Source: Eledone cirrhosa (Eukaryota). Taken from it: a stretch of DNA of 64,000 nt. Numbering within the stretch: the first letter of the stretch is position 1; the number at the start of each line of letters is the position of its first letter. The stretch covers positions 21,018,001 to 21,082,000 of the forward strand of contig OZ024755.1 of the NCBI GenBank assembly GCA_964016885.1, given 5' to 3'. The notes beneath the pieces were generated by a model. The model was not told the origin of the DNA, did not search any database, and saw only the letters and a list, made by a program, of their open reading frames with translations. Both the position numbers and the translations under genes were made by a program. Of the stretch, positions 37,345 through 51,722 are shown piece by piece.

Positions 37345-37574
37345 TTAACCCTTTAGTGTTCAAACTGGCCAAAACCGGCCAGAAGTCTCTACCTCTTTCT
37401 GTTGAAACTGGCTGTAACTGATCTCTCAAACTGATGTTAAGGTGTTGTTCTCAAAATAAATACTTTCAAAATCTCATAGATTCGATATTATGTGAGATAA
37501 TTATGTGAGGTAAAGCCTTTACCATGAAAATATAATAGTATATATATAGAGTAATGTGAATGCTAAAGGGTTAA
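37345..37574 (+). mobile_element. piggyBac-like MITE P1
   Basis: TTAA-ccctttagtgttca ... tgaatgctaaaggg-TTAA. Confidence 0.85.
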
Positions 37575-37697
37575 TGCCAGCTTTTGGAGATATTATCTCT
37601 GTTTTCTCTCACTTCTGCTGTTTTTTTGTGGTCACCACTAGTCCCTCTAGTACCACTAGCGACAAACAAAGACCACATTTTCTTCCCCCTGTGAGTG

Positions 37698-37698
37698 T

Positions 37699-37750
<52 letters not shown>

Positions 37751-39036
37751 ACACTCAACGCTAGCATCAACTCTTGCCTTCCATCTTCACCGCCACTGCC
37801 AACACCACTTGCTTTTGCTACTTATACCTTCATCTTAACCAACCACCATTAGCATTATCACCACCTCTGCCGCCGCCACCACCACCACCACCACCACCAC
37901 CACCACAACCACCATCAACAAGAACAACATACCCACCACTACCAACAACAACAACATACCCACCACCACCACCACCACCACCACCAATGCCGATATCAAC
38001 ACCAGCACCTCCTCTATCTCCACCACCAAGTGTTATTCAACCTGCTAGAAACAGCAGTCACATCTCCCTACCTTTGCATCTTAGAGGACATGACAAAGAA
38101 CTAGATGGGATAGTTATGGTTTGGTTGCCTTTCATCATAGGTTTGCTCCATCAGGGCTGACCTGGGGCTAAACAACAACAGCAACAACAACAACAACAGC
38201 CTCAACCACCACAATTACCACTACAACCATTATCAACATTAACAGACGAGACAACACTAATCTCAATGTCAACATTGTTACAACCACCAGTGTCATCACT
38301 AGCATCACCATAACCACCACTAACCACACCATCACCACCACTAACCACACCATCACCACCACTAACCACACCATCACCACCACTAACCACACCATCACCA
38401 ATATCATCATCACCACCACCACTAACCACACCATCACCACCACTAACCACACCATCACCACCACTAACCACACCATCACCAATATCATCATCACCACCAC
38501 CACTAACTCTACCAACACCACCACTAACCACACCATCACCACCACTAACCACACCATCACCAATATCATCATCACCACCACCACTAACCACACCATCACC
38601 ACCACTAACCACACCATCACCATTATCATCATCACCACCACCACTAACTCTACCAACACCACCACTAACCACACCATCACCATTATCATCACCACCACCA
38701 CCACCACCACCACCACCACCATCACCCACTACCACTGACATCATCACTAATGCTGATACCACCAACACCACTAACACCATGACCATCACTACCAATCCCC
38801 CCCCCCCCACACACACACCTCATCAATCCCTGACCATCACCACCACCACCACCACCACTAATACTACCACCACCACCACCATCACTAATACTACCACCAC
38901 CACCACCACCACCATCACCCACTACCACTGACATCATCACTAATGCCGATACCACCAACACCAACACCACTAACACCATGACCATCACTACCAATTTCCC
39001 CTGTCCCACCACCACCACCACCACCACCACCACCCC
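37698..39036. repeat. (GCT)n and (CAC)n low-complexity region with 21-bp ccactaaccacaccatcacca units
   Basis: Directly visible. Confidence 0.9.
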
Positions 39037-39041
39037 CTCAC

Positions 39042-39110
39042 CTCATCAATCCCTGACACTTTGCAGAAGACCATGGCTATTGATGTTACCACTGCACTAA
39101 CTGCTGTCAT
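39042..39110 (-). CDS. Candidate first coding exon, signal-peptide-like MTAVSAVVTSIAMVFCKVSGIDE
   Basis: ATG preceded by an in-frame stop, 23 open codons and a GAG|gtgagg donor, in a unique-sequence island. No homolog recognised. Confidence 0.3.
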
Positions 39111-39330
39111 TGCACACTTCTGCTGACAGTGCTCGCCTGGAATATTTGACTGTGGACTCTAGTGATAATAATAATAATAATACTTATAATAGCTGTCCTT
39201 TAAAACTGTTCTCCATCTACTTTAGTCCATCACTTGGCTTATGAATCTCTTGCTGAATAACGGAACGAATAACACTGGGTCTATAATCACTGGACATTGC
39301 GACTTATTATATTCATCATCATTATTATTT

Positions 39331-39361
<31 letters not shown>

Positions 39362-39884
39362 TACCACTATTACTATAATAATAATAATTATCATTATTAT
39401 TATTTTTATTATTATTATTATTATTATTATTTATTCTCCTGTGATTATTTTTCATTTTCTTCCTTGACGAAGGAAAAAAAAAAACGACTACAACAACAAA
39501 CAAAAAAACACCACACACACACACAACACACACACACTCAGAGAAAGAGGAAAAAGGATGCAAGAAAGAGAGACAGAAAGAAAGAAAGAGAGACAGAAAG
39601 AAACGAGCTGATCATTCCCCCACCCCGCCAAAAAAAAAAAATGAAAAAAAAAAAATGAAACTTTTTGTTATAATTACAATAAGACAACAACCATACCAAC
39701 AACAATGAGATGATATGATAGACAGAAAAGGAACAAGAGACAAGAGAAAATTTTCATATTTACTATACTACTGATAACTGATAACTGATAACTCTACCTA
39801 TTTTACTATTTATAGCAACTTAGCGATAAATGTATTTATTTACTATTTATAGCAACTAACTATTAATTGTATATTGTTGGCTTT

Positions 39885-39954
<70 letters not shown>

Positions 39955-40104
39955 TATATTTCACATACACACACATATATATATATATATATATAAGATA
40001 GATATACACACACATATATGTATAATAAATAGCTAGATACATATACATACAGACATATATATATTACATATATTTGATAGATAGATAAATAGATAACGTA
40101 TATA

Positions 40105-40145
<41 letters not shown>

Positions 40146-40793
40146 TTTATAGATAGATAGATATATACATATACACACCCACATATACGCATATATATAC
40201 ACTGAAACACTCATATATATACATATACACATATATTTACATAGACACACCAACTCACATACACATACATTATTTGATTATATTGTATTTATACACTTTC
40301 TTTCTGCTAACCTCATACAGTAGCAACAATCCTTTAAACAAAGAGATTGACCAAAAAACAAAAAAAAAAAAAAACAACTCTCCACCCTCTACCCCCCAGC
40401 CCTCTGCCTGCCACCTTCCCCCCAAAACAGCCATCAATGAATATCCACCCCCACCCCAAACCCACTCCCTTCATAATATTAATAAGCACTGTGGTTTCTT
40501 GATGCGTTTCAAAAAATGACTATGCTGCAAGCAACAAAGACCAGGAGAAGAAGAACAAAAACCCGAATAAAATAGAACTTTCTTTCATGGGTTCTTCACC
40601 ATTCTTGCCACTATCAAACAACTAGTTTTAATATCACTTGTGTGTTTTTTTTTTTAGTTTTTTTTTCTCCCTGTCCTTTGTTGTTTTATTTTCATTTTTA
40701 TAGACGTATTTATTTGTAGCACTACCTATTATCGATACATACATACATATATCCACACACAGATTATATATACACACACACACACATATATAT

Positions 40794-40851
<58 letters not shown>

Positions 40852-41554
40852 GTATTGTTTTTGCATTATTTCTAAGTTTATTTGTACCCCTGACACAAAA
40901 CACAAAATATACTACTACTTATCGAGAAGAGTTTATGAATCAGTCGACACACAATCAATAATATACTAAAAACACATAACTCTATACATACATCATTTCA
41001 AACATTATATATATATACACACACACATACATATATACATATATATATATATACACACACACACATATACATATATACATATATCCATATTCACACACAC
41101 GTACATGATTACAAACATTATATATATATATATATACATATATACACGTGTGCATCTTATGTACATGGTTATTTATTAGACTTAGGTGCACTTACACTAA
41201 TCATCTATTTGCATGTTTGTATGAAGGTGTACACATGCATAAAACTTTGGAGCTTTTCCCATCATAAATGGACAACGGATTTAATGAAAAGGCAAGTGTT
41301 CTTGGACAAGGAAACTGTGCAAAAACTAAACAGATCAGCCACAACATTCCTTCAATAGTTGTATTTGAGCCTTATATATTCTGGAAAAGGCCCAAAATTA
41401 AACTTTGAAAATGGGGTCATTACACAGTTCTGGGCCCAGATCTCGCAGGTAAAATTTACATATACTTGCATGCATGCATGTGTGTGCATTTGTGAATGTT
41501 TGTATACATATTTATATGTGTGAGTGTGTACATTTATGTATATGTATATATATA

Positions 41555-42609
41555 TTAACCTTTTCATTACCAAATTCTTATTGAAACATACTGTCTACAT
41601 GTTTCTGTAAATTTTGAAAATAATGGAGAATTTGTAAGGATTTATTTAGTAAAATAATTTTTCTATTATTATGTTGGTGTCTGCTACATGACATAACAAA
41701 AATCTCAGTCAGAAAATTATAATGGCAAGTTTCAATCTAAAACAAACATTTTTTTTTCATCATAGAATCAGGGACAGTTTGAAATGTCTAGGTATCAGAA
41801 AGGTTAAATATCTTTCAATATTGGCCTTTGATGATAATATTTCTTTTGAAAATGTTGCAGAATGATGGAAAACTAAATCTAGTGGTTAATTTTGTTAGAC
41901 ATACACTATATTTCAATTAATTAATGAAGAATTTTGGAGGATTTACTAAAATCATTAATTATTTCATTACTAAGATATGATAGGAACTTAACATATGGGT
42001 TCTTATATAAAATTGTTGTATGACATCTTTAAAATGTGTGGTTTTGTTTCATAGAACCAGAAATGGTTTTGGACAGGTTGATATCAAAAGGGTTAAATAG
42101 AAACCATTTAAAGTTTGTGGTTTTGTTTCATAGAATCAGAGGTTTTGGCCAGGTTGGTATCATAAAGATTAAGTCTTTTAATTTATGTTGGCTTTAAAAA
42201 ACCATTGTTGACTTGTTTCTGTTAATGGAAAAGCAGACCTTAAAATGATAGTGGTGATGATGATGGACATGATAATGATGGTGTTTATCTTATCTCAAGC
42301 AGAAACTAATGAACTGTGACAACTTTATGTAAAACATAAATTCTCATTCTAATAAGTTCTTAATTAGTCCTTTTATTACCATATTTCTAATGAAATGTAC
42401 TATATTCTCATTAATTATTGAAGCATTTGGAGAGATTTACTAAAATTATTAATTTTTCCATTATTAAGATGGTATGCGTAAAAAAATTAACAAAATGTTC
42501 TTATATAAATTATATTGAAAGGTTTTCATTAAAAAGGAACCCATTAAAAGTAGTGGTTTTGTTTCATAGAACCAAAGGGGTTCAGACAGGTTGGTGTCGA
42601 AAGGGTTAT
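41555..42609 (+). mobile_element. Cluster of degenerate TTAA-flanked MITEs (family P2)
   Basis: ttaaccttttcattacca ... ggtatc..aaagggttaa termini with ttttgtttcatagaaccag subterminal motif. Another copy at 46428-46627 on minus. Confidence 0.65.
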
Positions 42610-43504
42610 TTGTGGAGAAAATTAACCATATCTTATTTTTTCTTTTGTCTATAAATCAAAGTATATACTAATATATCTGGATATTTCTAGAATGAGATGT
42701 TCATTTCTTTACCACAAAGGCTTATATCCTCTCAAGGAAGAATTAACCTGCTTGCAATGAAGTTTTGAAGAATTTTCCAATCGGTTGGCAGTGAATTGAT
42801 AGAATATATAGAGTGTTAGAGAAAAAACATTCCAGTATTAGTTCCATCAAGGTTGATAAAATAAAGTACTAGTCCAAGATAGTGGATTGACTGAAATTTT
42901 AGAATACCAGTTGAGATCCCTTGTGGTCTTTGTTCCTACACTTTGTGTTCTTCTAAGTTCAAATCTCAGTGTGGCCTACATAGGTGGTAGACTTAATTTG
43001 TTGCAAGTTCACCCCCCCCCCCCACGCTACCCCTGGCCCTTGGGTGTCTGTTGTAAGTTTACCCCCCTACACACACACACTCTCACACACTCTTTTGGCC
43101 CTCAAGTGCTTCTAGTAGACTTCACTCTGTTATAAGTTTAACTCCCACTCCTGGCCCTTGGGTGCCTCTAGTAGAGTCCACTCTGTTGCAAGCTTTTGAG
43201 CCAGGTCTACAGTTTGAGAATCTTTTCCTTCTTTCTTCCGACCAGTTTTGTAAGTCTGAAAAGAGTCTTGGGCATCACCCTTCTTTCTCTCACTAAACAA
43301 TAAAAATTAGGAAAAAAAAAATTCATTGGAGTAGTTTGAACAATATTTAACTTGAGAAAATGTATTAGAATTGGTTGTTTTACCTAGAATATAGTTATAT
43401 TTAGTATATATAGAGTCTGCAGTGCTGAGACTGGGGAGACCACAAATCAGGCGAATACTCTATGCATAAGAAGACGCAGAGTGGGTATACAGGAAGGTAT
43501 ATAA

Positions 43505-43840
43505 TACGAGGGTCAGCTGAAAAGTTCATAGGCTGACCAAGATACTCTAATGGAATGGCCAAAAGAGATTTATTTTACAACATAGTCCCTGGAAAGAAAC
43601 AATGCAGTTATTAATAAGAAGAATTGAAATTAATGCATCCAAGATTTCACAGCTCTCACATCACTCCTTCATAGGCTGACCAAGATACTCTCATGAAATG
43701 ACCAAATTTTTCAACATAGTTCCTGGAACGGAATAATGCAGTTATTAATAAGAAGAGTTGAAATTAATGCATGCAAGATTTCACAGCTCTTGCATCACTC
43801 CTTCATAGTCAGCCTATGAACCTTTTAGCCTACCCTCATA
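43505..43840. mobile_element. Tc1/mariner-like MITE with internal duplication
   Basis: TA-cgagggtcagctgaaaagttcataggctgac ... gtcagcctatgaaccttttagcctaccctca-TA, with an internal ~140 bp present twice. Confidence 0.85.
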
Positions 43841-43994
43841 TTATAGGCAATAAAATATCAAGAATTTGGTATGGGGTAAAGATTATCAGGCCAAAGACAA
43901 ACCAACGAGCTTAACCAGTACCATAACAGAAAAGACTATGTACTTTTCAGCCCACCTTCATACATCGAAATTGTTTGTTTTTGTTGTTCAAGAT

Positions 43995-44197
43995 TTAACC
44001 CTTTAGCATTTACATTACTATTGTATTTTGGGGGTAAAGGCTTTATCTTACATAACTATCTCACATAATATCGAATCTATGAGATTTTGATGTTATTTAT
44101 TTTAAGAACAATACCTTAACATCAGTATGAGCAGCTAGTTACGCCCGGTTTGAACAGAAAGAGGTGAGAGAATTCTGGCTGTATATGGCCGGGTTAA
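43995..44197 (-). mobile_element. piggyBac-like MITE P1
   Basis: Reverse-complement copy with a shortened right TIR. Confidence 0.75.
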
Positions 44198-44682
44198 AGT
44201 CGGTGAATGTTCTGAGAACAATTAAGGTTAATTTTTAGTTGTTTAGAATTCAAATTCTGTCGTGTTTATTTCAACTCTTGTCCCATTCTCAAATTTATGG
44301 TTTAAATACCTGCAATTTTTGATAATCTAAAAAGAATAAAACTTAATCTTCAGAGCATTTTTATTTATTTTCAAAACTTTATTGAAATGCATATTAACAT
44401 ATCTTGAATTTTATAGGTTATTTAACTGGTTCTAGTTGACAGTTGGAAAATGAGAATTTATTGCCCATTTAAAATTACCACAACCTAAATCTGTATAACA
44501 TAGTTTTCAAAGATTTAATAGTTGCACTGTTGCAGTAGATTGATAGAATTGGTAAAGCATTGAACAAAATGTCATGCAGGGATGTGAACTATAACTCATG
44601 AATAGGATTGTAAGCAATATAGAGTGATGCTATGTTTCAGGAATAACCAAATTTATGTTGCAGTCTTGTATTCTTTTATTCT

Positions 44683-44924
44683 TTAACCCATTAGCATCTG
44701 CTTTACTCTATAGATATACTATTGTATTTTCACAGTAAAGGCTTTATCTTACATAATTATCTGACATAATTATCTGACATAATATTGAATCTATGAGATT
44801 TTGATGTTATTTATTCTGAAAACAATACCTTAATGTAGGTATGAGCAGCCAGTTTCAGCCGGTTTGAACAGAAAGAGGTGAGAGTTCTGGCTGGATATGG
44901 CCGGTTTAAATGCTAACGGGTTAA
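44683..44924 (-). mobile_element. piggyBac-like MITE P1
   Basis: TTAA-cccattagcat ... atgctaacggg-TTAA. Confidence 0.8.
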
Positions 44925-47234
44925 CACTGTTTTTAGTCATTAGACTACAACCATGCTGTGGCTACACCTTAAAGGGATTTTAGTTGATGATATTGACTCC
45001 TAGTACTTATTTTATTGATCTCTTTTTTTTTTTTTTTTTTTTTTGTTGGACCTCTAAGTTATGGGACATAAATACACAGTAGAAACAATCTCTTTTGTCA
45101 ACAACTTCTGCTTCAGCAAAGAAATGATTGTCAAAACAAAGACAAAATTAATACTTAGAAATCTATATGAGACATTCAGATGAAAATAGATGTGTGTGTA
45201 TATATTTATTTATTCAGGTAGTAAATTGAGTTGATAGATTGTCTGGTAGAATGCTTTATGGTATTTGTTCAAGCTCTCTCCAGCCTTAAGTTCCAATCCC
45301 ACCATGGTCAACTTTGCTTTTCATCATTTTGACCAGTACTAGGATTGATTTTTTTAAAAAATTTCTTCCTCTAAATCTCTGTCTTGCTTTCTGCCAGTTC
45401 TGACTGATAGATACTATCAGCAATGGAAAGACCAATAGAAACATTTATTTCCTTGGTCTGATTTGATGAGTTCCACCCCACTCAGTGTGTGAATGAGGTC
45501 TGGGATCTTGTCAATTGATCAAATCGATCAATCTCTTTTTCCAGAAGTAATCAGCTATGTCGACACTTTGATAGGGATTGACTCCACCAGGTTTAAATAC
45601 CCAAGAAATGCTGTATATTACTATGGCACCCCTATAACTCCATCACGGGTTAACGGCTCATGGACATATTTATTAGAATAATTATTTGTTTATTTTAATA
45701 ACAGTAGGAATTTCATTGAGAGAAATTTGACTGCTTCACGGTGTAGAATCTACAGAAATCTATCTTTAGATTGCATTTTCTTATAGAGTTAAGGGCCAAA
45801 ACATGCATGAGGAGGGGAGGGGTTTTCTTCTATAAAGACCTTCTGCTGTCCAGTTCTCCTGAAAGTTTCTTATAACTGATCAAACCATTCCCAGTGGGCC
45901 TGAAAAAATTGTGGACATAATTACCTCCTGACTAAAAGAAAACAAAAACATTATTGTGCTTTTGTGGGATTTATGTTCTACTTATTATACTTTCAATCAA
46001 ATGAAGTAGTGAGTTGGCAGAGTTATTAGAGCATCTGATTAAATACGTCCAATATAAGGTTTTACAGTGGCCGCAGGTTATGACAAACACCTAAAACAAA
46101 AGAATATCATCTAGAAAATTTGAACTCATTTTTTTTTAACTGGGTGATTTTCAAAGATATTTTGAAGTTTCTTGGAAAACATATACTTAGCTATAACCCC
46201 AATTATTCTAATACTTATTTCAAAGACAATATTCATGCAGTGATTCCTAACCTTTTTTACTACCAAAGACCCCCATTATTTGAATGAACTTTCCCACAGA
46301 ACTCCACACACACCATGCTACAATTATTCCTCTTTCAGACTGCTATATCAATAAGACTAATAATGAAAAGTAAGAAATATTTATACTTAGAGAAGAATAA
46401 ATACCCAATACCATGTGTATATAAGGATTTAACCCTTTAATTACCAACCCAGCCCAAAACAGCTCTGGTATTGTGAAACAAAATCACCCATTTTAAAGGT
46501 TTCCAATTTAAATTACAATCTTAGTAATGAAATAATTTATGATAATTTTAGTAAATCCCTCAAAATTCTTCATTAACTAATTAAAATAGAGTATATATCA
46601 TTAGAAATGTGGTCATGAAAAGGTTAATAAAGTACTTAAAATTTTGGTCTCAGCTCACAGCGCTACCATTCCATTTCCCCTTCCTCTCCTCCTTTCAGGA
46701 GGTCACCAGACCCTTAATTTGGATCTGTTGCATTAATGTTATTCTACAGCATTTCTCATGCCACATCAATTCCAAGCCTTGTGCTTATATGAAAAAAATT
46801 TATAATATCCATATTGAATATCCTGTTAGTATTGAACTGGTATAGAACATATATTTATTTATTCATCATTAATGAATCATTATTCAGAGATCTGTGGGAG
46901 AGCGTTTTCTTGTGAATATCAATAAGGTTGCATCTCATGAATATAAAACTCTGATCTATATCACTACAACTTATTTTGCAGTTATACACTTGCGGGCAGA
47001 AACATATAACTGTAGTCTAGTTTTCACAGCAGAAACATACATAGCAAATATAATAGACACAAATGTGTGCATATAAACTATAACAATAACATATTCATGC
47101 ATAACTACTCTTATTAATTTATATGGACTTAGAATACTAGAAGTCTATAACAAAACTATATATAATCATCATCATCGTCATCATCATCGTCATCATCATC
47201 GTCATCATCATCATCATCATCACACATTTATATA

Positions 47235-47314
47235 TACAGGGTGCCCCAAAAAATGTATGCACATGCTCATTAGAAATCTGTAGAAGTGTGTATACTTTTT
47301 GGGGACATCCTGTA
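47235..47314. mobile_element. 80-bp Tc1/mariner-like MITE
   Basis: TA-cagggtgccccaaaaaatgtatgcaca ... tgtgtatactttttggggacatcctg-TA. Confidence 0.8.
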
Positions 47315-47399
47315 TATGTGTATGTATATATATATATATATATATATATAGATATAGATATATACATATATATATATATCGTTATTTAATGTAGAAATG

Positions 47400-47445
47400 C
47401 TTCTAAGGGACTAGAACTGTTTCATTCATATGAAATCATCAGAAC
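47400..47445 (-). ncRNA. Degenerate family A hammerhead
   Basis: Minus strand: CTGATGA tttcatatgaat GAAACAG ttctagtccctta gaag. Core retained but stems I and III are disrupted. Confidence 0.5.
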
Positions 47446-47934
47446 TTTTTCTGGCTTGGTTTCTATGGCTGGGTGCCCTTCCTAATTCCAACCACATTTA
47501 CAGAGTGGACCAGGTGCTTTTTGTTATGTCACTAACACAACCTCTTTACAGTGTTGGCTGGGTGCTTTTTGTCATGACATCTACACGATTATTTTACAGT
47601 GTGTACTAGGTACTTTTTGTCATGGCACCACAAACGACCACTTTACAGTGTGGAGTGGGTGCTGAGGAAAGGGGGGAAGGTTGTGCCAGAAAATACAAAT
47701 TTCCATGGGAACACCTTTATGTTTATCATTTTTTTAATTAATAAGGAAATTTGTATTTTCTTAAGTTTGCTTTAAATATGGTTAAGCCATGTTGGAGCAC
47801 CAGCTTCATAGTCTATCTAAATCATGGAAGAGAAATATTTCTTGTATATAGACTTGTAATGCGCTGATTCTTTCATGTAAAATCATAATTGTCATCTGTT
47901 AATGTATTTAGGAAATAACTACTATACTAACTCC

Positions 47935-48985
47935 CTTTAAAAAGTTCATGTGAAACCCACGATGAAACACTGTTCCCACATCTGGGAGAGAGTTGCTGTT
48001 ACACAGACATACTAAATCTGGAGTACTGCTCCCACATCTGGGACAGTGTTGCTGTTACACAGACATACTAAATCTGGAGTACTGCTCCCACATCTGGGAC
48101 AGTGTTGCTGTTACACAGACATACTAAATCTGGAGTACTGCTCCCACATCTGGGACAGTTGCTGTTACACAGACATACTAAATCTGGAGTACTGCTCCCA
48201 CATCTGGGAGAGTGTTGCTGTTACACAGACATACTAAATCTGGAGTACTGCTCCCACATCTGGGACAGTGTTGCTGTTACACAGACATACTATATCTGGA
48301 GTACTGCTCCCACATCTGGGACAGTGTTGCTGTTACACAGACATACTATATCTGGAGTACTGCTCCCACATCTGGGACAGTGTTGCTGTTACACAGACAT
48401 ACTAAATCTGGAGTACTGCGCCCACATCTGGGAGAGTGTTGCTGTTACATAGACATACTAAATCTGGAGTACTGCTCCCACATCTGGGACAGTGTTGCTG
48501 TTACACAGACATACTATATCTGGAGTACTGCTCCCACATCTGGGACAGTGTTGCTGTTACACAGACATACTATATCTGGAGTACTGCTCCCACATCTGGG
48601 ACAGTGTTGCTGTTACACAGACATACTAAATCTGGAGTACTGCTCCCACATCTAGGACAGTGTTGCTGTTACACAGACATACTAAATCTGGAGTACTGCT
48701 CCCACATCTGGGACAGTGTTGCTGTTACACAGACATACTAAATCTGGAGTACTGCTCCCACATCTGGGACAGTGTTGCTGTTACACAGACATACTAAATC
48801 TGGAGTACTGCTCCCACATCTGGGACAGTGTTGCTGTTACACAGACATACAAGACCGTATCCAAAGAAAGTTTTCTCATCTGTTTGGTATGGAGTCACTA
48901 CTAACACACTCCAACCTCTGACTCTCAAATGTGCCATTTTCTCTCTTTTTACCTTTTCCACCACTACTGCAATGACTCCCACTCC
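47935..48985 (+). mobile_element. Degenerate LINE ORF C-terminal fragment (CR1/Jockey-like group) containing a 56-bp tandem expansion
   Basis: KVHVKPTMKHCSHIW and LEYCSHIW motifs, with downstream TLQPL...SL..F.HY.N-like remnant. Confidence 0.65.
47970..48850. repeat. 56-bp minisatellite, ~15-16 copies
   Basis: ctggagtactgctcccacatctgggacagtgttgctgttacacagacatactaaat. Confidence 0.97.
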
Positions 48986-48988
48986 ACC

Positions 48989-49212
48989 TTAACCCTTTAT
49001 CATTTACATTACTCTATATATACTATTATATTTTCATGGTAAAGGCTTTACCTCATAATTATCTCACATAATATCAAATCTGAGATTTTGATATTATTTA
49101 TTTTGAGAACAATACCTTAACATCAATATGAGTGGCTGGTTACTGCGGTTTGAACAGAAACAAGTGAGGGAATTCTGGCCAGATACAGCCGGTTTAAATG
49201 CTAAAGAGTTAA
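48989..49212 (-). mobile_element. piggyBac-like MITE P1
   Basis: TTAA-ccctttatcattta ... taaatgctaaagag-TTAA. Confidence 0.8.
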
Positions 49213-49919
49213 ATGAGATTAATCTTATGTACCAACTCCTTCAAGGCACCCCTCTCTTCATCTGCCATCATCCATATTATATGCAATCCCACAAATCCTG
49301 CTAACCACACTGCCCAATCCTTTTTTCTTAGTGTAACCACCACCACAACTCCCTGGAATTTTTTTATTGCAGTCATTGACATTTCAACAGTTAAAGCAAA
49401 CCATTAGTACCATCATCCCACCAGTCCTGCAAATCATTCAAATGCCATAGAGACTTCACTTCCCCCCAAAAAATAAAACAACTTTTTTCTTTTTCTTTTT
49501 TTTTTGTGTCATGTTAAAAATAATCAATATGTAGTTGTCAGCAGACAAGTAAATCAGACACAAGATATATGGATTTAGTTATGTATGTCTATATGTGTGT
49601 ATATGTTTGTATATATATGTCTTTGTATATGTATGAGTATGTTTGTGTATGTTCGAGTATGTCTGTGTGTATATGTGTATATGTTTGTTTGTATGTATGT
49701 ATGTATGTATGTATGGTGACATTTGAGATCACTATAAACATTGAGACTCAGGTCTGCTATTTCTAAGTATATCCACTTGTCAATATGTTTCAATTTAGGA
49801 TTATAAAAGCTTAATATTTTGTGTATTTTATGAAGGGGTTAGTCAATTATATTGTGAGGTAATCAATAAAATAAAAAGTCAAAACCTAGCATTCTCTATT
49901 ACAATACAATTTATTATTA

Positions 49920-50300
49920 TGAAAGCTGTTTGATGGGCCCAAATGGCAGAGGTGCGATGTAGTAACAAAGCCACAATTAGGTCTTTGGAGGGCCATGATG
50001 AGCGCATTGTACTCGATCTCAAACAGATGTGTGTGGTTTTTCAGCAGCACTTCACTCAGATGTTCAGGAGCAATGATGGGCTGAATCAGAGGTTCAACTT
50101 CAGTGCCTACTTTGACAGCTTTCTGCAGCTCTTGGCAAGGAAGGTGGATTATTGTGAAAAGCTGATAACTGATGAAATATGACACAAGGGACAAAATCAC
50201 TTGGTTTAGATGGTCTATCCTACAAGCTTTACATAAACATACCAGACTTGTTTGGTGACATCTTAGCGGTCATCTACAGCAACTGACAGCAGAACCGGAG
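49920..50300 (+). mobile_element. Degenerate L1/Tx1-clade LINE ORF2 fragment (tether to start of RT)
   Basis: F.QHF..MF...CEKLITDEI followed by KSLGLDGLSYKLY..IPDLFGDILAVIY, the KSPG.DG motif. Stops and frameshift present. Confidence 0.75.
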
Positions 50301-51294
50301 ATTAACTTTGCCATTTGTCCTTCCATGGTCAATAAAATAAAGTGGTAGTCAAGCACTGGAGTTGATTTAGTTGACTTTCCTCTCTTCCAAAATATTTGGT
50401 CTTGTGTCAAATGTAGAAACAATTATCATTATTATTACTAATGGCCCTTTCCATTCTGAGTTCAAATCCCACCGAGGTTAACTTTGCCTTTCATCCTTAC
50501 GGGGTCGATAAAATAAAGTACCAGTAATGCACTGGTAATTGCTGGTCTTGTGCCAAAAGTAGAAACAATTATTATTATTACTAAGGGTGGTGGCTTGGCA
50601 GTACCAGTAGAGCATTGGAAAACATGCTTTACAACATATAGTTACAACCATTCACATCCTGAATTTAAATCTCACCAAGGTTAGCTTTGCCTTTCATCCT
50701 TACATGGTCAATAAAATAAACTACCAGTAACTGGAGTCGATTTAGTCAACTTTCCCACCCACCAAATTGTTGGCCTTGTGCCTAAATCAGAAACCATTAT
50801 TACTAAGGGCAGCAGGGTTGGCAGAATCATTAGAATGTGAGAATTAAATGTTTTGCAGGATTTCGTTAGAATATTTTACATTCTGAGTTCAAATCCTGCT
50901 GAGGTTAGCTTTGCCTTTCATCCGTACGAGATTGATAAAATAAACTACTACTAACTCACTAGGGTCAACCTAATCGACTTTCCTCTTCTTTTCAAATTCC
51001 TGGCCTTGTGCCAAATGTAGCAACAGTTACTACTATTAATGTGTTTGTTATATTATCTTCCTGTTTATGTTAGTGTGTTTTAGTGCCTCCTTCTTCTTCT
51101 TCGCCTCCTTCTTCTTTTTCCCCTTCTTTTTCTTCTTCTCCATACAATACCACACCAGATTGTTATAATTAATCATGGACATTGGCTATATTCCCAAAGT
51201 TTACACAATAATTAATTATACATGTTTCAGTGTTTCTCTATGTGTAGAGTAAATTTAACTGGACTAATACTTGGCTCAAAAGTGAAAAAGTTCA

Positions 51295-51566
51295 CTTTAC
51301 AAATATACTCACCTGAGTTCAATCCCATTTCAGTATACCTCTTTGACTACGCAGCACCTCCTGATATTCCCCCTGCTAGAACACCTTTACAAATATACTC
51401 ACCTGAGTTCAATCCCATTTCAGTATACCTCTTTGACTACGCAGCACCTCCTGATATTCCCCCTGCTAGAACACCTTTACAAATATACTCACCTGAGTTC
51501 AATCCCATTTCAGTATACCTCTTTGACTACGCAGCACCTTCTGATATTCCCCCTGCTAGAACACCC
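51295..51566. repeat. 90-bp tandem repeat x3
   Basis: ctttacaaatatactcacctgagttcaatccc...cctgctagaacac, near perfect. Confidence 0.95.
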
Positions 51567-51687
51567 CTGCACAGCATTGGACTTGGCAGAGTTTAATGAG
51601 AAAGGACAGCAATGTGTTCAGCTGTGGTGGAATCACATCTAGCCAAGCTCTGGAAAAGCGGGTATAAAAATGATGATGATGATGATG

Positions 51688-51720
<33 letters not shown>

Positions 51721-51722
<2 letters not shown>

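Noticed and set aside
47970-48850. CRISPR-like regular array (also 25960-27552 and 58396-58752)
   Set aside because: Units are head-to-tail with no unique spacers, there are no cas genes, and the context is eukaryotic.
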